Positions 38,197-51,755 of a stretch of 61,843 nt of DNA are shown here, piece after piece. The DNA lies in assembly GCF_001194135.2 (NCBI RefSeq), contig NC_068999.1, positions 35,499,878 through 35,561,720 of the forward strand, given 5' to 3'. Position 1 is the first letter of the stretch. Every line of letters starts with the position of its first letter. This DNA is from Octopus bimaculoides (lineage: Eukaryota). The translations under genes were made by a program, and so were the position numbers. A model generated the notes under the pieces. It worked only from the letters and a program-made list of their open reading frames with translations. It made no database searches and was not told the origin of the DNA.

Positions 38197-39849
38197 GTCC
38201 AAGTGATACAGAAAGTGTCTCGTAATATAAAAGAAAGAGAGAGAGAGAGAGAGCGAGAAAGTGTGTGTGTATGAGAGAGAGAGAGAAAGCGGGGAGAGAG
38301 ATACAGACAGACAAACAAAGAGACTGAGACACACACAGAGATAGAAAGGTTGGGAACGAAAAGCCACTGATCTCCTTGAAACTTCAACGAAATATAATTC
38401 AAATGGCAGAAAATAATAAGCGCAATAAATATGTAACAAACGAAGGTTTTTAAAATTACAGAGAGGACATAAATATTTCTTTTTTTTTTTTTTNNNNNNN
38501 NNNNNNNNNNNNNNNNNNNNNNNNNNNNNNNNNNNNNNNNNNNNNNNNNNNNNNNNNNNNNNNNNNNNNNNNNNNNNNNNNNNNNNNNNNNNNNNNNNNN
38601 NNNNNNNNNNNNNNNNNNNNNNNNNNNNNNNNNNNNNNNNNNNNNNNNNNNNNNNNNNNNNNNNNNNNNNNNNNNNNNNNNNNNNNNNNNNNNNNNNNNN
38701 NNNNNNNNNNNNNNNNNNNNNNNNNNNNNNNNNNNNNNNNNNNNNNNNNNNNNNNNNNNNNNNNNNNNNNNNNNNNNNNNNNNNNNNNNNNNNNNNNNNN
38801 NNNNNNNNNNNNNNNNNNNNNNNNNNNNNNNNNNNNNNNNNNNNNNNNNNNNNNNNNNNNNNNNNNNNNNNNNNNNNNNNNNNNNNNNNNNNNNNNNNNN
38901 NNNNNNNNNNNNNNNNNNNNNNNNNNNNNNNNNNNNNNNNNNNNNNNNNNNNNNATATATATATATATATATATACTCGTATATATAAATATATGTATGG
39001 TGGTTGTCTACTCCTTAAACAGAGTTTGACCACCTCCTGCACCTACACCTTAGCCCTTTCATGGCGTCTGATGTGGCTTTTTAAACCAGACAGTGTTTTG
39101 AAAAAAACACCCACACAGATTGCACCTCTGATTTGCACTACCAATACCTGCAAGTAAGTTCTGCTCATTGTGGATCCTAACATGTCTTTTAAGACCCCCA
39201 TTGGATATGTATATTCACATACTCACATATGTGTATGTATATATAATGTGTGTAAGTAAGTGTTTGTACATACAGAGAGCGTGTTTTCTTTCAAGGATAT
39301 ATTGATGGCTCGGTGTAATCTTTTTTCTTTATTGAAGATATTTGTTATAATTCCTTATTAGTCCATTGCTTAATTTCGAACAGTAGTATTCCTACGTCCA
39401 TTAGTTTTTCAAGACCTTTTCGTCCTCATCTTCTCAATGAAATGATTATAGTGGCGCGTCATTGCAGCGTTTTGTAGTAGACATCAAGGATTCATGGGAA
39501 TGATGTTACAACTGCCAATGACAGATTTTAAAATTTTTAACGGTTAACTTCAGGTTAAATTCAGAGGTTTTTTTGGGGGTTTTTGTCGCACATCCTACAT
39601 GTGTATGCTGGTTTGGGTCTGCATTTGGCTATGAATAAGGCTTCTATAGTTAGTCGTATTTTCTTTGTAATTTTATATCGGATAATAATTTTTTTCTAAA
39701 TAGTTTTGTCTCATATTCTTCGTAACATTTGTTGCTGTGAGATAAGCTTTAAGTTTAATGAATATGAAGAGACTGCAACCACAAAAAAAGGGGGGGATTT
39801 AGGTAAAACTTCTGAAGCCCAGTCTGGTGAGTAGCGTTGTATGATTGTA

Positions 39850-40285
39850 AAACATATACCCCGTAGGTTGCTGACACCAGGGGATTGAGGTATTTGTGGC
39901 GATGTGCTCCAGGCGAGCGTTGAAAATCAGTTGGGTGGTCCTCAAAACAAAAGATTCAGACTTGAAGGAGGTGGGAGAATGGAGCGAAAGTTGGTGACGA
40001 TAATCAAATGACGAAAACTGCAATGTTTTGACCACTTTATCAGTCCTCAGGTCAAATGTACTCACATGCTCGGGAGACGGATGGACGGTAAATGGGTTTG
40101 CGAGTGACGAAAATGTTAATGAAGCTATGAGATCAAGGACTGGACAGAGGACGCTTTGCCAGAACGTATGGCTGCAGCGCGAGTACTCAGCGTATGATGG
40201 GGAGCGGTGTTTATTTCTGAGGCCCCGAAATTCAGCCATAAGCGTGGGCATAATCAATCATTCAACCAGTCAGTCAGTCAATCAA
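39850..40285 (+). mobile_element. Decayed RTE-like LINE 3' fragment
   Basis: LVTIIK*RKLQCFDHF and EIKDWT motifs, followed by an (ATCA/GTCA)n tail. Confidence 0.6.
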
Positions 40286-40844
40286 TAATGTACTGTAATG
40301 GTTCCTTAATATAAATGTATTTTCAACTGACAAGAAAGAGTCACATTTATGCATCCGATGTAAGAATTTCAGTCATAATGCTTACACAGAAACCTGTATA
40401 TTAGATCAGTTCATTCAGAAGATAAAGCCGAGAAGGTCTTGAAGTATTAATGGATTTAGAAGGCTTACTTTTCGAAATTAAACATAAAATATTCATAAGG
40501 AAATATGTTGTAAATGGATTTAGGGACGTTATTGCTCAAAACATTAGTTAGTGTCCGTGTTGTTAATGTTGGTGTTGGTGTTGGTGGGCCCTTCAACTGC
40601 TAAGAGAGTCTTAGGCGTGTCGTCATGATATATGGTGTATCTTGAGAATTTTAAAACAAATGTGTGTATGTGTGAGTGAGTTAGTGTGTGTGGGGGTGTA
40701 AGGTTGTGTGAGTACGAGTGTGTGTGAGAATATTGATAAATTGTTTTAGGTTGGAAATAAATGTCCCGTCACATATATTGATGGGAAAGAAACAAATATT
40801 TCTTTGGTATTAAGTGATATATTTAATTAAGATATTTCCCCTCA

Positions 40845-40940
40845 TTATTGATAACATGATCCCATCTATCTGGCAAATTATTATTGATAACATGATCCCA
40901 TTATTATCGATAACATGATCCCATCTATTTGGCAAATTAC
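40845..40940 (+). repeat. Short tandem repeat, 3 units
   Basis: GATAACATGATCCCAT occurs three times. Confidence 0.85.
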
Positions 40941-41039
40941 TGATCCCTTAGACATAAAATTCTTCAGGTTTTGAAACAAAGAATCACACAATATCCTTTT
41001 TAAATTTTTCTCAATTAGTAAATTGTTTTCTCTCTAAAT

Positions 41040-41425
41040 GTTGTTGTTGTTGGCACTCCGTCGCTTACGACGTCGAGGGTTCCAGGTGATCCGATCAACG
41101 GAACAGCCTGCTCGTGAAATTAACGTGCAAGTGGCTGAGCACTCCACAGACANNNNNNNNNNAGTTCTCGGGGATATTCAGCGTGACGCAGTGTGACAAG
41201 GCTGACCCTTTGAATTACAGGCACAACAGAAACAGGAAGTAAGAGTGAGAGAACGTTGTGGTGAAAGAGTACAGCAGGGTTCACCACCATCCCCTGCCGG
41301 AGCCTCGTGGAGCTTTAGGTGTTTTCGCTCAATAAACACTCACAGCGCCCGGTCTGGGAATCGAAACCGCGATCTTATGACCACGTGTCCGCTGCCCTAA
41401 CCACTGGGCCATTGCGCCTCCACCT
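41040..41425 (-). mobile_element. tRNA-derived SINE family D
   Basis: Minus-strand head TGGCCCAGTGGTTAGG..GGTTTCGATTCCCAG. A homologue lies at 51457-51755 (+). Confidence 0.8.
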
Positions 41426-42102
41426 CTCTAAATAATCTTGTAATGATCTGAAAAGATGACAGATGGCGGAAGGTCAGGAGTGTAAGGAAGATGAGACAAA
41501 GCTTCCACATTTAGTGCTATAATCTTTCCCTGAGTACCTTGACAAACTTCTGATTTTGCATTCTTGTGTAAGAACACCCCTTTACAACTGATTAATCATA
41601 GGCGCTTTCTCTGCAATTTTTTGCGTGGTGCTTACAGTTGAGGACAATACATCTCCACATTTGTTATTTCATTTTCGTTTAACACTTCTTGATAAAGACA
41701 TCCTTCATATTCCACTAAACACAGAGCTTAACTTTTTCGTGTGTATTCCTTGTTTGAAGGATGAGTTCTCTTTTTTCATTGGGTGCTAACCATTGTCGTT
41801 TACGTTGGATATCTTTATAGAGAATCTACCTTTCATCACTTGTAAAGATTTTACTCAGGAAAGGATTGATAGTAAGTCAACTTACTCTTCAATGACAAGC
41901 GGAGGGCAACTCTTTAGGAAGCAATCGATGACGAGAGACTCACAAATCAAGTTTAGAAACTCTTCCTACTATATGAAGGTGTTTTATGATCTAAGTGTAA
42001 CTTGGATTGCAATTTTTTGTTAATTTTCCTGCAGCTTGCTTTAGGCTTTTCTCAACTACATTTTTCAGAAGCTCAAAATTGACAGAACTTGCTTATCTAG
42101 AT

Positions 42103-42388
42103 CAGAGGTTCCCAACGTGGGCAGTACTGTCCGTTTGGAGGCGGTGGAAAGATCCAGAGGGGCGTTGAAGAAAAGTGGGATGATAATGGGTTGGCCAAAA
42201 TGGGGTGAAATGTGTAAAAAATAAATATTAATTAGGTTAACTTGGTTTAAGTTTTATATGTAAAATACAGTTGTTTTGAGTTTGCTGCAGAAAGTGGTCT
42301 ATGTTTGTGGTGAGGAAGAGGAGGGGCGCTAGGAATGTGGCCTGGGTGTCAAGGGAGCGGCTGCCTGAAAAAAGTTTGGAAACTATTG
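42103..42388. mobile_element. hAT-Charlie-like MITE
   Basis: Ends CAGAGGTTCCCAAC and GTTTGGAAACTATTG. Flanks ATCTAGAT and ATCTTGTT form an imperfect 8-bp TSD resembling the NTCTAGAN target. Confidence 0.6.
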
Positions 42389-42574
42389 ATCTTGTTCAAT
42401 GGGAACATGCTAGACGAAAAGTTGTCGATCGAAATTTGCAAGCTTGCTTCTTTAGCACATAGTTCCGGGTTCAGTCCCACTGCGTGGCATTTTGAGCGAG
42501 TGTCTTCTACGGGCCGACCAAAGCTTTGTGAGAGGATTTGGTAGATGGAAACTGAAAGAGGTCCGTCTTATATC

Positions 42575-44275
42575 CACTGACCAAAGACCGATGATGACAG
42601 TTCTATTCCTTCATTAATTTATTTTTAGCAAAACTGCATAAATTTATTTTACATTTTACAGTTTATGTAGAATTGTTTCTCTTTCGAATGATATAGGCGT
42701 TATATATCTTTCTATAATTTGAATAATTTTAATGCGCAATTAATTGAAATGATTCAGAATTGTCGGCAAAATAAGTTTAAAACCGTACCAACATNNNNNN
42801 NNNNNNNNNNNNNNNNNNNNNNNNNNNNNNNNNNNNNNNNNNNNNNNNNNNNNNNNNNNNNNNNNNNNNNNNNNNNNNNNNNNNNNNNNNNNNNNNNNNN
42901 NNNNNNNNNNNNNNNNNNNNNNNNNNNNNNNNNNNNNNNNNNNNNNNNNNNNNNNNNNNNNNNNNNNNNNNNNNNNNNNNNNNNNNNNNNNNNNNNNNNN
43001 NNNNNNNNNNNNNNNNNNNNNNNNNNNNNNNNNNNNNNNNNNNNNNNNNNNNNNNNNNNNNNNNNNNNNNNNNNNNNNNNNNNNNNNNNNNNNNNNNNNN
43101 NNNNNNNNNNNNNNNNNNNNNNNNNNNNNNNNNNNNNNNNNNNNNNNNNNNNNNNNNNTATTGCGCTCAAAATATTGCAAAACTATCCTAGCCTTATGCA
43201 AAACTATCCTAGCCTTATGAACAGGGCAATTATCCTGCTGGAGGATAGATCCCGGTGGCATCTGATTATTTAAATATGGCGGCACATTTTCATTTACTAA
43301 TTGCAGATAGCCCACACTTTTCAGTCTGCCACCAACCTTAACAATTGGACCAACACCTAAGCTGCTGAACGCGGCCCACACCATTAACCCCGCCCCCACT
43401 TGCACCGTTTTCTTGACACACTTAAGATGGAATTCTTCAGTTGGACGGCATCTATCATAAGTCTTACCGTGTGATCCAAATATGCAGAAGCAGGATTCGT
43501 CGCTTCAGAGAACTTTTGACCAGTCTTCGGCCGTCCAGTCAATATGGCTTTTAACAAACTTGATCCGTTTCCGCCGATTCGTCTCAGAGATTATTGGTTT
43601 CTTTCGAGCGATCTGGCTGAACAATCCAAATTCTTTTAGGCGGTTTCTGACAGTTTGGCGATGTAAAGCTGTCAGTCCTATCAGATAATTGATCGCAAAT
43701 GTCCACTGCTGTTAGCATTCGGTTGCCTTCAGACAGCATATGAATTCGCCGATCCATGTATACTGTTGGTTTTGTCGGAGTGCCCGTTCTTTGCCGATCT
43801 TCGTATTGGCCAGTGGTTTGGTAGAGCTTCCATGCTTAAACAAAGCCATTTTGCTGCATCCTAATTGCTTGCTAATGTTCATGAAGGACACATTTTACTA
43901 ATGAAGCAACACGATCTTTAATCTAGTAACTGGTCTGATACTACGACGCTTCCCCATAACGAATTAATGTGTAACAATGCTCGATTATTAAACAAAACAG
44001 TGCAGTACGATCAGCCATATGACCACTCATTTGCTTTATTAATTTGCATAATTTTGGTACGGTCTTAAACTTATTTTGCCGACAATTTCTAATTATTTGA
44101 ATTAATTGCGCATTAAAATTATTCAGTTTGTAGAAAGATATATAACGCCCATATCATTCGAAAGAGAAAAAAATCTCTACATAAACTGTAAATGTTTTCT
44201 ACGGTTTTGTTAAAAATATAAGAATAAAGGAATAGAACTGTCATCATCGGTCTTAAGCTTATTTTGGCCTCTGTG
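42575..44275 (-). mobile_element. Tc1-family DNA transposon with about 200-bp terminal inverted repeats (TIRs) and a disrupted transposase
   Basis: TIRs at about 42584-42791 and 44054-44254. Transposase motifs WSKVL*SDES, MVWAAFS and LQQDNCPVHKA, with stops and frameshifts. Internal N gap. Confidence 0.9.
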
Positions 44276-44281
44276 TGTGCG

Positions 44282-44321
<40 letters not shown>

Positions 44322-46170
44322 NNNNNNNNNNNNNNNNNNNNNNNNNNNNNNNNNNNNNNNNNNNNNNNNNNNNNNNNNNNNNNNNNNNNNNNNNNNNNNN
44401 NNNNNNNNNNNNNNNNNNNNNNNNNNNNNNNNNNNNNNNNNNNNNNNNNNNNNNNNNNNNNNNNNNNNNNNNNNNNNNNNNNNNNNNNNNNNNNNNNNNN
44501 NNNNNNNNNNNNNNNNNNNNNNNNNNNNNNNNNNNNNNNNNNNNNNNNNNNNNNNNNNNNNNNNNNNNNNNNNNNNNNNNNNNNNNNNNNNNNNNNNNNN
44601 NNNNNNNNNNNNNNNNNNNNNNNNNNNNNNNNNNNNNNNNNNNNNNNNNNNNNNNNNNNNNNNNNNNNNNNNNNNNNNNNNNNNNNNNNNNNNNNNNNNN
44701 NNNNNNNNNNNNNNNNNNNNNNNNNNNNNNNNNNNNNNNNNNNNNNNNNNNNNNNNNNNNNNNNNNNNNNNNNNNNNNNNNNNNNNNNNNNNNNNNNNNN
44801 NNNNNNNNNNNNNNNNNNNNNNNNNNNNNNNNNNNNNNNNNNNNNNNNNNNNNNNNNNNNNNNNNNNNNNNNNNNNNNNNNNNNNNNNNNNNNNNNNNNN
44901 NNNNNNNNNNNNNNNNNNNNNNNNNNNNNNNNNNNNNNNNNNNNNNNNNNNNNNNNNNNNNNNNNNNNNNNNNNNNNNNNNNNNNNNNNNNNNNNNNNNN
45001 NNNNNNNNNNNNNNNNNNNNNNNNNNNNNNNNNNNNNNNNNNNNNNNNNNNNNNNNNNNNNNNNNNNNNNNNNNNNNNNNNNNNNNNNNNNNNNNNNNNN
45101 NNNNNNNNNNNNNNNNNNNNNNNNNNNNNNNNNNNNNNNNGTGTGTGTGTGTGTGTGTGGAGAGAGAGAGAGGGGAGTATGAAGACATTTTAAAATTTCT
45201 GAGCGAGAAGTAGTAACAGTACTACAGAGTAAAATCTCTTTCGTTTTATATATATATATATAACTACAAATAATATTTTCATAAACAAATCCGAAAGGCT
45301 TTACAAGTTATGGAGAGAAAGCTACTTTGGACGACTCAATATAATTACCTACGAAGCCGTTCGGGTTTGTTGATAAAAGTATTATTTATGTAGAACTGAG
45401 ACAGTTTAAGTATATATTAACTAAATTTGATTGAAATTGATCGGTGAGGATTTGACCAATTAGATTACACAGCAAGGAGCTGTGTAAGCGTCGATGTGTG
45501 AGTTCGATTCCACCTGAAGTTAGCTTATCATTTTTCAGTCAATTGTTTATATTTAAAAAATTGTCGCTTCAAATCGGAGGATAAATATCACAACGATATA
45601 TATTATACAGTTATTGTTATATATATAAATAATCTTTTATGTTTTTGTCATTAGGCCATGTTAAGAAGCAGTCTTGAAGAATTATAGTCGAATAAATCTA
45701 TCCCGGTTGTTTTAGTTTTTTTTAAGTCCGTTACTTATTCTTCCGGACTCTTTTCCTGAATCTCTGTTACATGGAGGTAATCACACCAACATCAGTTGTG
45801 AAGTAGTGGGTGGAGCAAATACAGACACCAAGATGCACATACACATATATACGATGAGCTTCTTTCAGTTTCCGTCTGCCAAATCCAATCACAAGGCTTT
45901 GGTACACCCGAGGCTAAAGCAGAAAACACTTGCCCATGGTATCATGCATTGGAACTGAATCTGGAACCATGTGTTTGGGAAGCAACTTTCTTACCACAGA
46001 GCCACGCTAGCAAGGACATAGTGTTGCGTGTCTTTGCTAGCAATTGATATTAACATAATACTGCCAGGAATGTGTTTGATATACAAATTGCTCTTGCCAA
46101 TAGCGTAACACCTCTAAAGTTTGTGGGTATTTAAGCAATGCGTTCGGGGAAAGTTGATGGCATGGACATG

Positions 46171-46209
46171 GTACTGATGAAAGAGTAATAACTCTTGAAA
46201 TATGTATAT
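46171..46209 (+). ncRNA. Minimal hammerhead ribozyme motif
   Basis: CUGAUGA (46174-80), perfect helix II AAGAGU-AAUA-ACUCUU, GAA, near-palindromic AUAUGU, A17, 3-bp helix I GUA/UAU. Confidence 0.6.
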
Positions 46210-46974
46210 ACTCACATTAACAATGTTCGATCGCATTTTTAACATAGACGTAGTTGTATAGGAACGTCGTAACTTTCAGTGCTGGCTCTAATTTGTATAT
46301 AAAATCTATAGAGATAAACTCATATATATATCATACACTCATATATATATACGAGCAGATGGTGTTTAAACCATTAAGCATAGTCGGTGATATGTCTTGC
46401 AGCGGGCCTTGCTCGGTATGCGGCATTGATAAATCAAAACAGTGACGAAATATCGATGTCTGTCGCTCTTAGAAGAAACCAATGGGAGTTATCTCACTTG
46501 CTTATGGCGTTTCTAACACCAGGCGCATGAAAGATATATTCTCTTACGCCTGAATTAACCATGAACTAACAATACACGTCTTGTGTATGTGTTCCATTTT
46601 GTTTATATATATGTAGAAATATGTATGTAATGTATGTAATGTATGTATATATGTATGTATGCATGCATGCATGCATGTATGTATGTATGTATGTATGTAT
46701 GTTTGTATTTATGTGTGTATGTATGTATGTACGCATGCATTATGTATGCATGTATGTGTGTGTGTATATATATGTATGTATATATGTATGTATGTGTACG
46801 TATGTATGAATATATGCATGTATGTATGTGTATGTATGTTTGAATATATGCATGTATGTATGTGTATGTATGTATGAATATATGCATGTATGTATGTATG
46901 TATGTATGTATGTGTGTGTGTGTGTGTGTGTTCTATACATGGATACATACGGCAATAGATAGATAGATAGATAT

Positions 46975-47011
<37 letters not shown>

Positions 47012-47150
47012 CTGTGTACAAAGAATGAGCGGTTAGTTCTTTGAGTAGGTATCTGTAGATCGGCTGTTAATGATTCATGGCGTTACTCAGAGTTTTATAA
47101 AATGAAAGCATATGTTTAATCAATCAGATGTTCTCGTGAGTCATTAGCCA

Positions 47151-47182
<32 letters not shown>

Positions 47183-47317
47183 GCATGAGTAAACACACTC
47201 ACGCACACACACTCACAGTCACACACATACTCACGCACGCACTCAGACGCGTACACACGTTTCTGTGTAATGTTAACTTAGCATTCTCTATGCGCGCGTG
47301 TATGTGTGTGAAATGGG

Positions 47318-47417
<100 letters not shown>

Positions 47418-47674
47418 CTGTGCTGTGTTCTGCTGTTCGTTGTTCTCGTATAGGCGTCCCTGTCTTGGCCTCTTGTTCAAATGTTAAGCCAGTTCTGTTA
47501 GTGATCTTTTTGTTTGAATACCATTACGCTATGCCTTAATCTCAACCATTTGGCAGTATATATGTTAACATGTTTGTGTATGTGAGTTTGTGGGTTTATG
47601 TATGTATGGGATTCCTGTTTTGCAAGTGCATCTATTTCCGTTTTGTTTTTTAGTTTTTTTAAGTACATACACAT

Positions 47675-48080
47675 ATAGGTTGTGTGGTAAGAAGCTTGTT
47701 TTCCTACCACATGGCCCCGGGTACAATCCCACTGCGTGGTACCTCGGACCTCGTCTATAATCTTGGGCAGCAACTGAAAGAAGCCGTAGTTCATGTGTGT
47801 GTGTGCGCGCGCATGCGTATGTATATGCGTGTGCGTCTTTATGTTTGTTAGTGTGTGTGTGTGTCTTTGTGCTTGTCCCCCACAACCGCTTCACAACCGG
47901 TATTGGTGTATTTACGTCCCCGTAACTTCGTGGCTCGGTATAAGAGGCCGACAAAATAAATACCAGGCTCAAAGATTATACATAAATAACGGGGTCGATT
48001 CATTCAACTAAAAATTCTTCAAGGCAGTGCCCCAGTATGGCCGCAGTGTGATGACTGAAACGAGTAAACAATTAATAATA
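47675..48080 (+). mobile_element. SINE family A copy
   Basis: Collinear with 35935-36340. Confidence 0.85.
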
Positions 48081-48182
48081 AAAAGATGTGTGTGTATATA
48101 TGTATGTATAAAGAATAATTCATGTTCCATGCACTCGTGCTTCGTATTTTTTGTTGTACACGTACCATGACGTCCTGTGCCC

Positions 48183-48225
<43 letters not shown>

Positions 48226-48352
48226 CGTGTGTGTGTGTGTGTGTGTGTGTGTACTATGTGTGTTTGATTGATTTATGTTGATATCTAAAAGGCGAGACAT
48301 TTGAGACAGTTTTAGTTGTGGGAGGGGTGTTTATCTGGCAGAAATGTTTGTG

Positions 48353-48585
48353 CGGCGAGCTGGCAGAAACGTTAGCACGCCGGGCGAAATGCTTGTCGGT
48401 CTTTCGTCTGTCGCTACGTTCTGAGTTCAAATTCCGCCGAGGTCGACTTTGCCTTTCATCCTTTCGGGGTCGATAAATTAAGTACCAGTTATGCACTGGG
48501 GTCGATGTAATCGACTTAATTCCTTTGTCTGTCTTTGTTTGTCCCCTCTATGTTTAGCCCCTTGTGGGCAATAAAGAAATGAGAA
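48353..48585 (+). mobile_element. SINE family B, full-length
   Basis: GGCGAGCTGGCAGAA..GAGTTCAAATTCC..GGGGTCGATAAATTAAGTACCAGTT. Other copies at about 1060-1165+, 1243-1445+, 1810-2010+, 4455-4667-, 12150-12348+, 14300-14505-, 14520-14735- and 32835-32975+. Confidence 0.88.
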
Positions 48586-50204
48586 ATGTTTGTGCTTATG
48601 ACATTCGCAGGCACTCACTGACTGGTGAGACTGATTCCGTTAATATTCCGCTTAAAATGTTCCAAGGCGGCCGCTATTGGAAAATAGTGAGCAAGGAAGA
48701 AATCGAAATATCCTAGAGGAGAACGGCAGGGAAGAGCGCGCAATGTGAGGCAAAGAAGGAGAGATTGCATAATATGTAACAAGAAGAGAGACAGATATAC
48801 TGGGAATGTCGGTATGTAGCTAGCACATAACCAGCCAATTCTGGAAAGCAGAGGCCGTCGTAGTATTTGCTGAGAAGGCACACAGAGAGGACACATCACG
48901 TCTATGAGTTAGAGGCTGGAATCTGTTGGAAAATGGTTTCACGCGAATCAGGTGACTGACCTTTTTGAAGATGACATTGAGGATGTCTGTCGGTGCAAGA
49001 GTAGAGTAACACAGTCTCAGCTGTGGGATCACTACTCCGTCGTGGTTTCAAACGAGCACTATGAAAGGTTAATCGCTGTTGGGTATGATGTATTTTCTGA
49101 ATGAAGGCAATCTTTTAAAGTCTCTCTTTATTGTGTTGAAGTTGTATGCTCTGGACAGAAATTCGGTGATAGTAAAGTTTAACATTTGTAGAACTCATTA
49201 GTATTCTAGTTGCGAGCTGTTCAGAAAGGATCTATAATGTCTTCTAGATCAGTACTTCTCAACCACGGTCCACATAACCCATGGCGATCCACATACGACT
49301 TTTGGAGATCCACACTAGTATTTAAAGGGTGCATGAAGAAATTTTGCTTTAGATACATTTATTGCAAGAAACAGGTTTCTTTCTCTGTTTTACATTCGTA
49401 TTTGTCAGAAGCCTTTTCAGCGATTTCTGTTGTTTTTTCCATTTGATGAATTTATGTCTTTTCAGAATGTTCATACGAGAATGTTGTTCGTATGACACTT
49501 AGAAGGAGAACCACACTACATAAGGAACAATCCGTTTCCCGCCGTACTGACGGATTCCTTTGAGGGAACACATAGAGAGAAGTGCAGGTAATATCCAACC
49601 AAACTTCACAGCTTTCTCCATCTGCCAGTGCAAAGGAACAATTTCTGTAAAAGAATGTTTAAATAAAGAAAATTTATTTATCGAAAAATACAGAACACGC
49701 CTAAATATGAACACATAACCAACTTTGTTCTCAGTGTATATTACAATTCATGATCTCATACACGTCACTGTACATATTTCTTCTCACTACTTTAGCTTAT
49801 GAGTTTATGTAGATTTATTTATCTCCTCCCCAAAAGATGATGAATTACCTCCCCTGTCCCCAATAATAACGGTCAGCAATTACCTCCTCTTAGATTTTTC
49901 TACTTGTTGATTCATACACAAACTCCATGGATTAAAATCCTAAGAAAATACGAAATTACAATAATTTCAAAGTCATGATTATTGAAAGCGAAACCCGTCG
50001 ACAAACAATACTCTTTCGCTTATAAAAAATATCAGAGTATATTAAAACTATGTAAATCGTGTGCATTTTCCTTTCATTTTAGATATATATCTTTTGTATT
50101 ACAACTCACCAGGTGGGGATAATCGAAATACTCCTCCTCCCTTTTGCTACTATATGTGTGTATGTGTGTGTGTGCATGTGTGCGTGTGTGTTAAAAACAT
50201 AAAC

Positions 50205-50236
<32 letters not shown>

Positions 50237-50852
50237 TGTGTGTGTGTGTGTATGTGCGTGTGTGTGTGTAAGCATAAACAAACGGAACAAACGGGAAGCA
50301 CACACAGAATGTCACACTCACACACATGCACACACTACACTACATACGCACGCACACACAGACACACAGACACACACACACACACACACTTCCAAAATGG
50401 CTGGGTTAAATCGCGGGTGAAATACCTTAGATCATATATGCGCTAAATAACATCAGCAACATCAACAACAAAGGTCAGTCAAAAACATATGTAGCCACTT
50501 TCTGCTGTCAAATCAAGCAACAGGGGTTCGTGTACTCTTGACGGAACGATATACCTATAACGAATGGGANNNNNNNNNNGCGGAGGAGGAGGAGGAGGAG
50601 GAGGAGGTGGGGTGAGGGGATAGTAGTCACAGTTGTTTATATATCTTTAAGTAATTTATTTTATACCTCCCTCCCTACCTCAAATAATCTCAAATCTCTC
50701 CTTCTAATCTTTTGTTCATCCGAGGTTTGATGAGTAGAGAGAAAACCAAAGGTGCGTGTTTGTGCGTATATATTTGTGAGTATATATATATATATACATG
50801 TGTGTGTGTGTGCATGTGCGTGCCTGCAAATGTGTGTGTGTGTTTGTGTGTG

Positions 50853-50897
<45 letters not shown>

Positions 50898-51456
50898 TCT
50901 ACGGAATGTAATAAAGGTTTTAATTGGTGATTTGTGTCAAACTGGTACATAAACTCAGTTTTATACTAATTAATGCACTCCTAAACACCACAACATCGCC
51001 TTCAACTCCCCACACTGCCCCTCTCTTCACCGTATGCCCCATTCCACCTCTCCAACACCACCAACACCACCGCCTTCTTACCCCTCATCACCACAAGCTG
51101 TCCCCACTATCTTCCCACTATATTATCACCACTCTGCTACGTTCTCATTACAATACTAGCCCCGTCTCCACGACGATGACGACGACGAATCTCGCCACAA
51201 CCATCATCATTTCCACCTATCATTCCTTCACTCTTGATCTTTTCTTTTATTATTTCACATTTGTCTATTTCTTCACACTCGCTTTCTATCTATCTATCTA
51301 TCTATCTATCAGCAGAGAAGAAATTAAATTCTCGAACATGCGATAAAGCCATTTTACAGCAAATTTACAGATTCAGAAATTTATTATACTCAACTTTATA
51401 TTGATTAAATATTCTTAATTTGAAAAATAATTTTCATTCATTATTTTGTACAATCG

Positions 51457-51755
51457 TGGAGGTGCAATAGCTCAGTGGTTAGGGCAGCGAACTCACGGTC
51501 GGAGGATCGCGGTTTCGATTCCCAGATAGGACGTTATGTGTGTTTATTGAGCGAAAACACCTAAAGCTCCACGAGGCTCCGGCAGGAGGGGGCGACCCCT
51601 GTTGTACTCTTTCGCCTCAACTTTCTCTTCCTGTTTCTTGAGTGACGCTGCGATGGACTGGCGTCCCGTCCGGCTGGGGGGAACACATACGCCATAGAAA
51701 CCGGGAAACCGGGAAACGGGGCCCATGAGCCTGACTAGGTTTTAAAAGGGCGCAA
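51457..51755 (+). mobile_element. SINE family D copy
   Basis: Matches the reverse complement of 41260-41425 in the head and first part of the body. Confidence 0.8.

Noticed and set aside
41480-42060. Possible gypsy integrase or other TE coding remnant on the minus strand
   Set aside because: Too many stops and only vague motif resemblance.
44259-45213. Long ORFs of about 300 aa, and similar ones at 254-1126, 30941-31756 and 52238-55005
   Set aside because: They consist almost entirely of N-gap codons.
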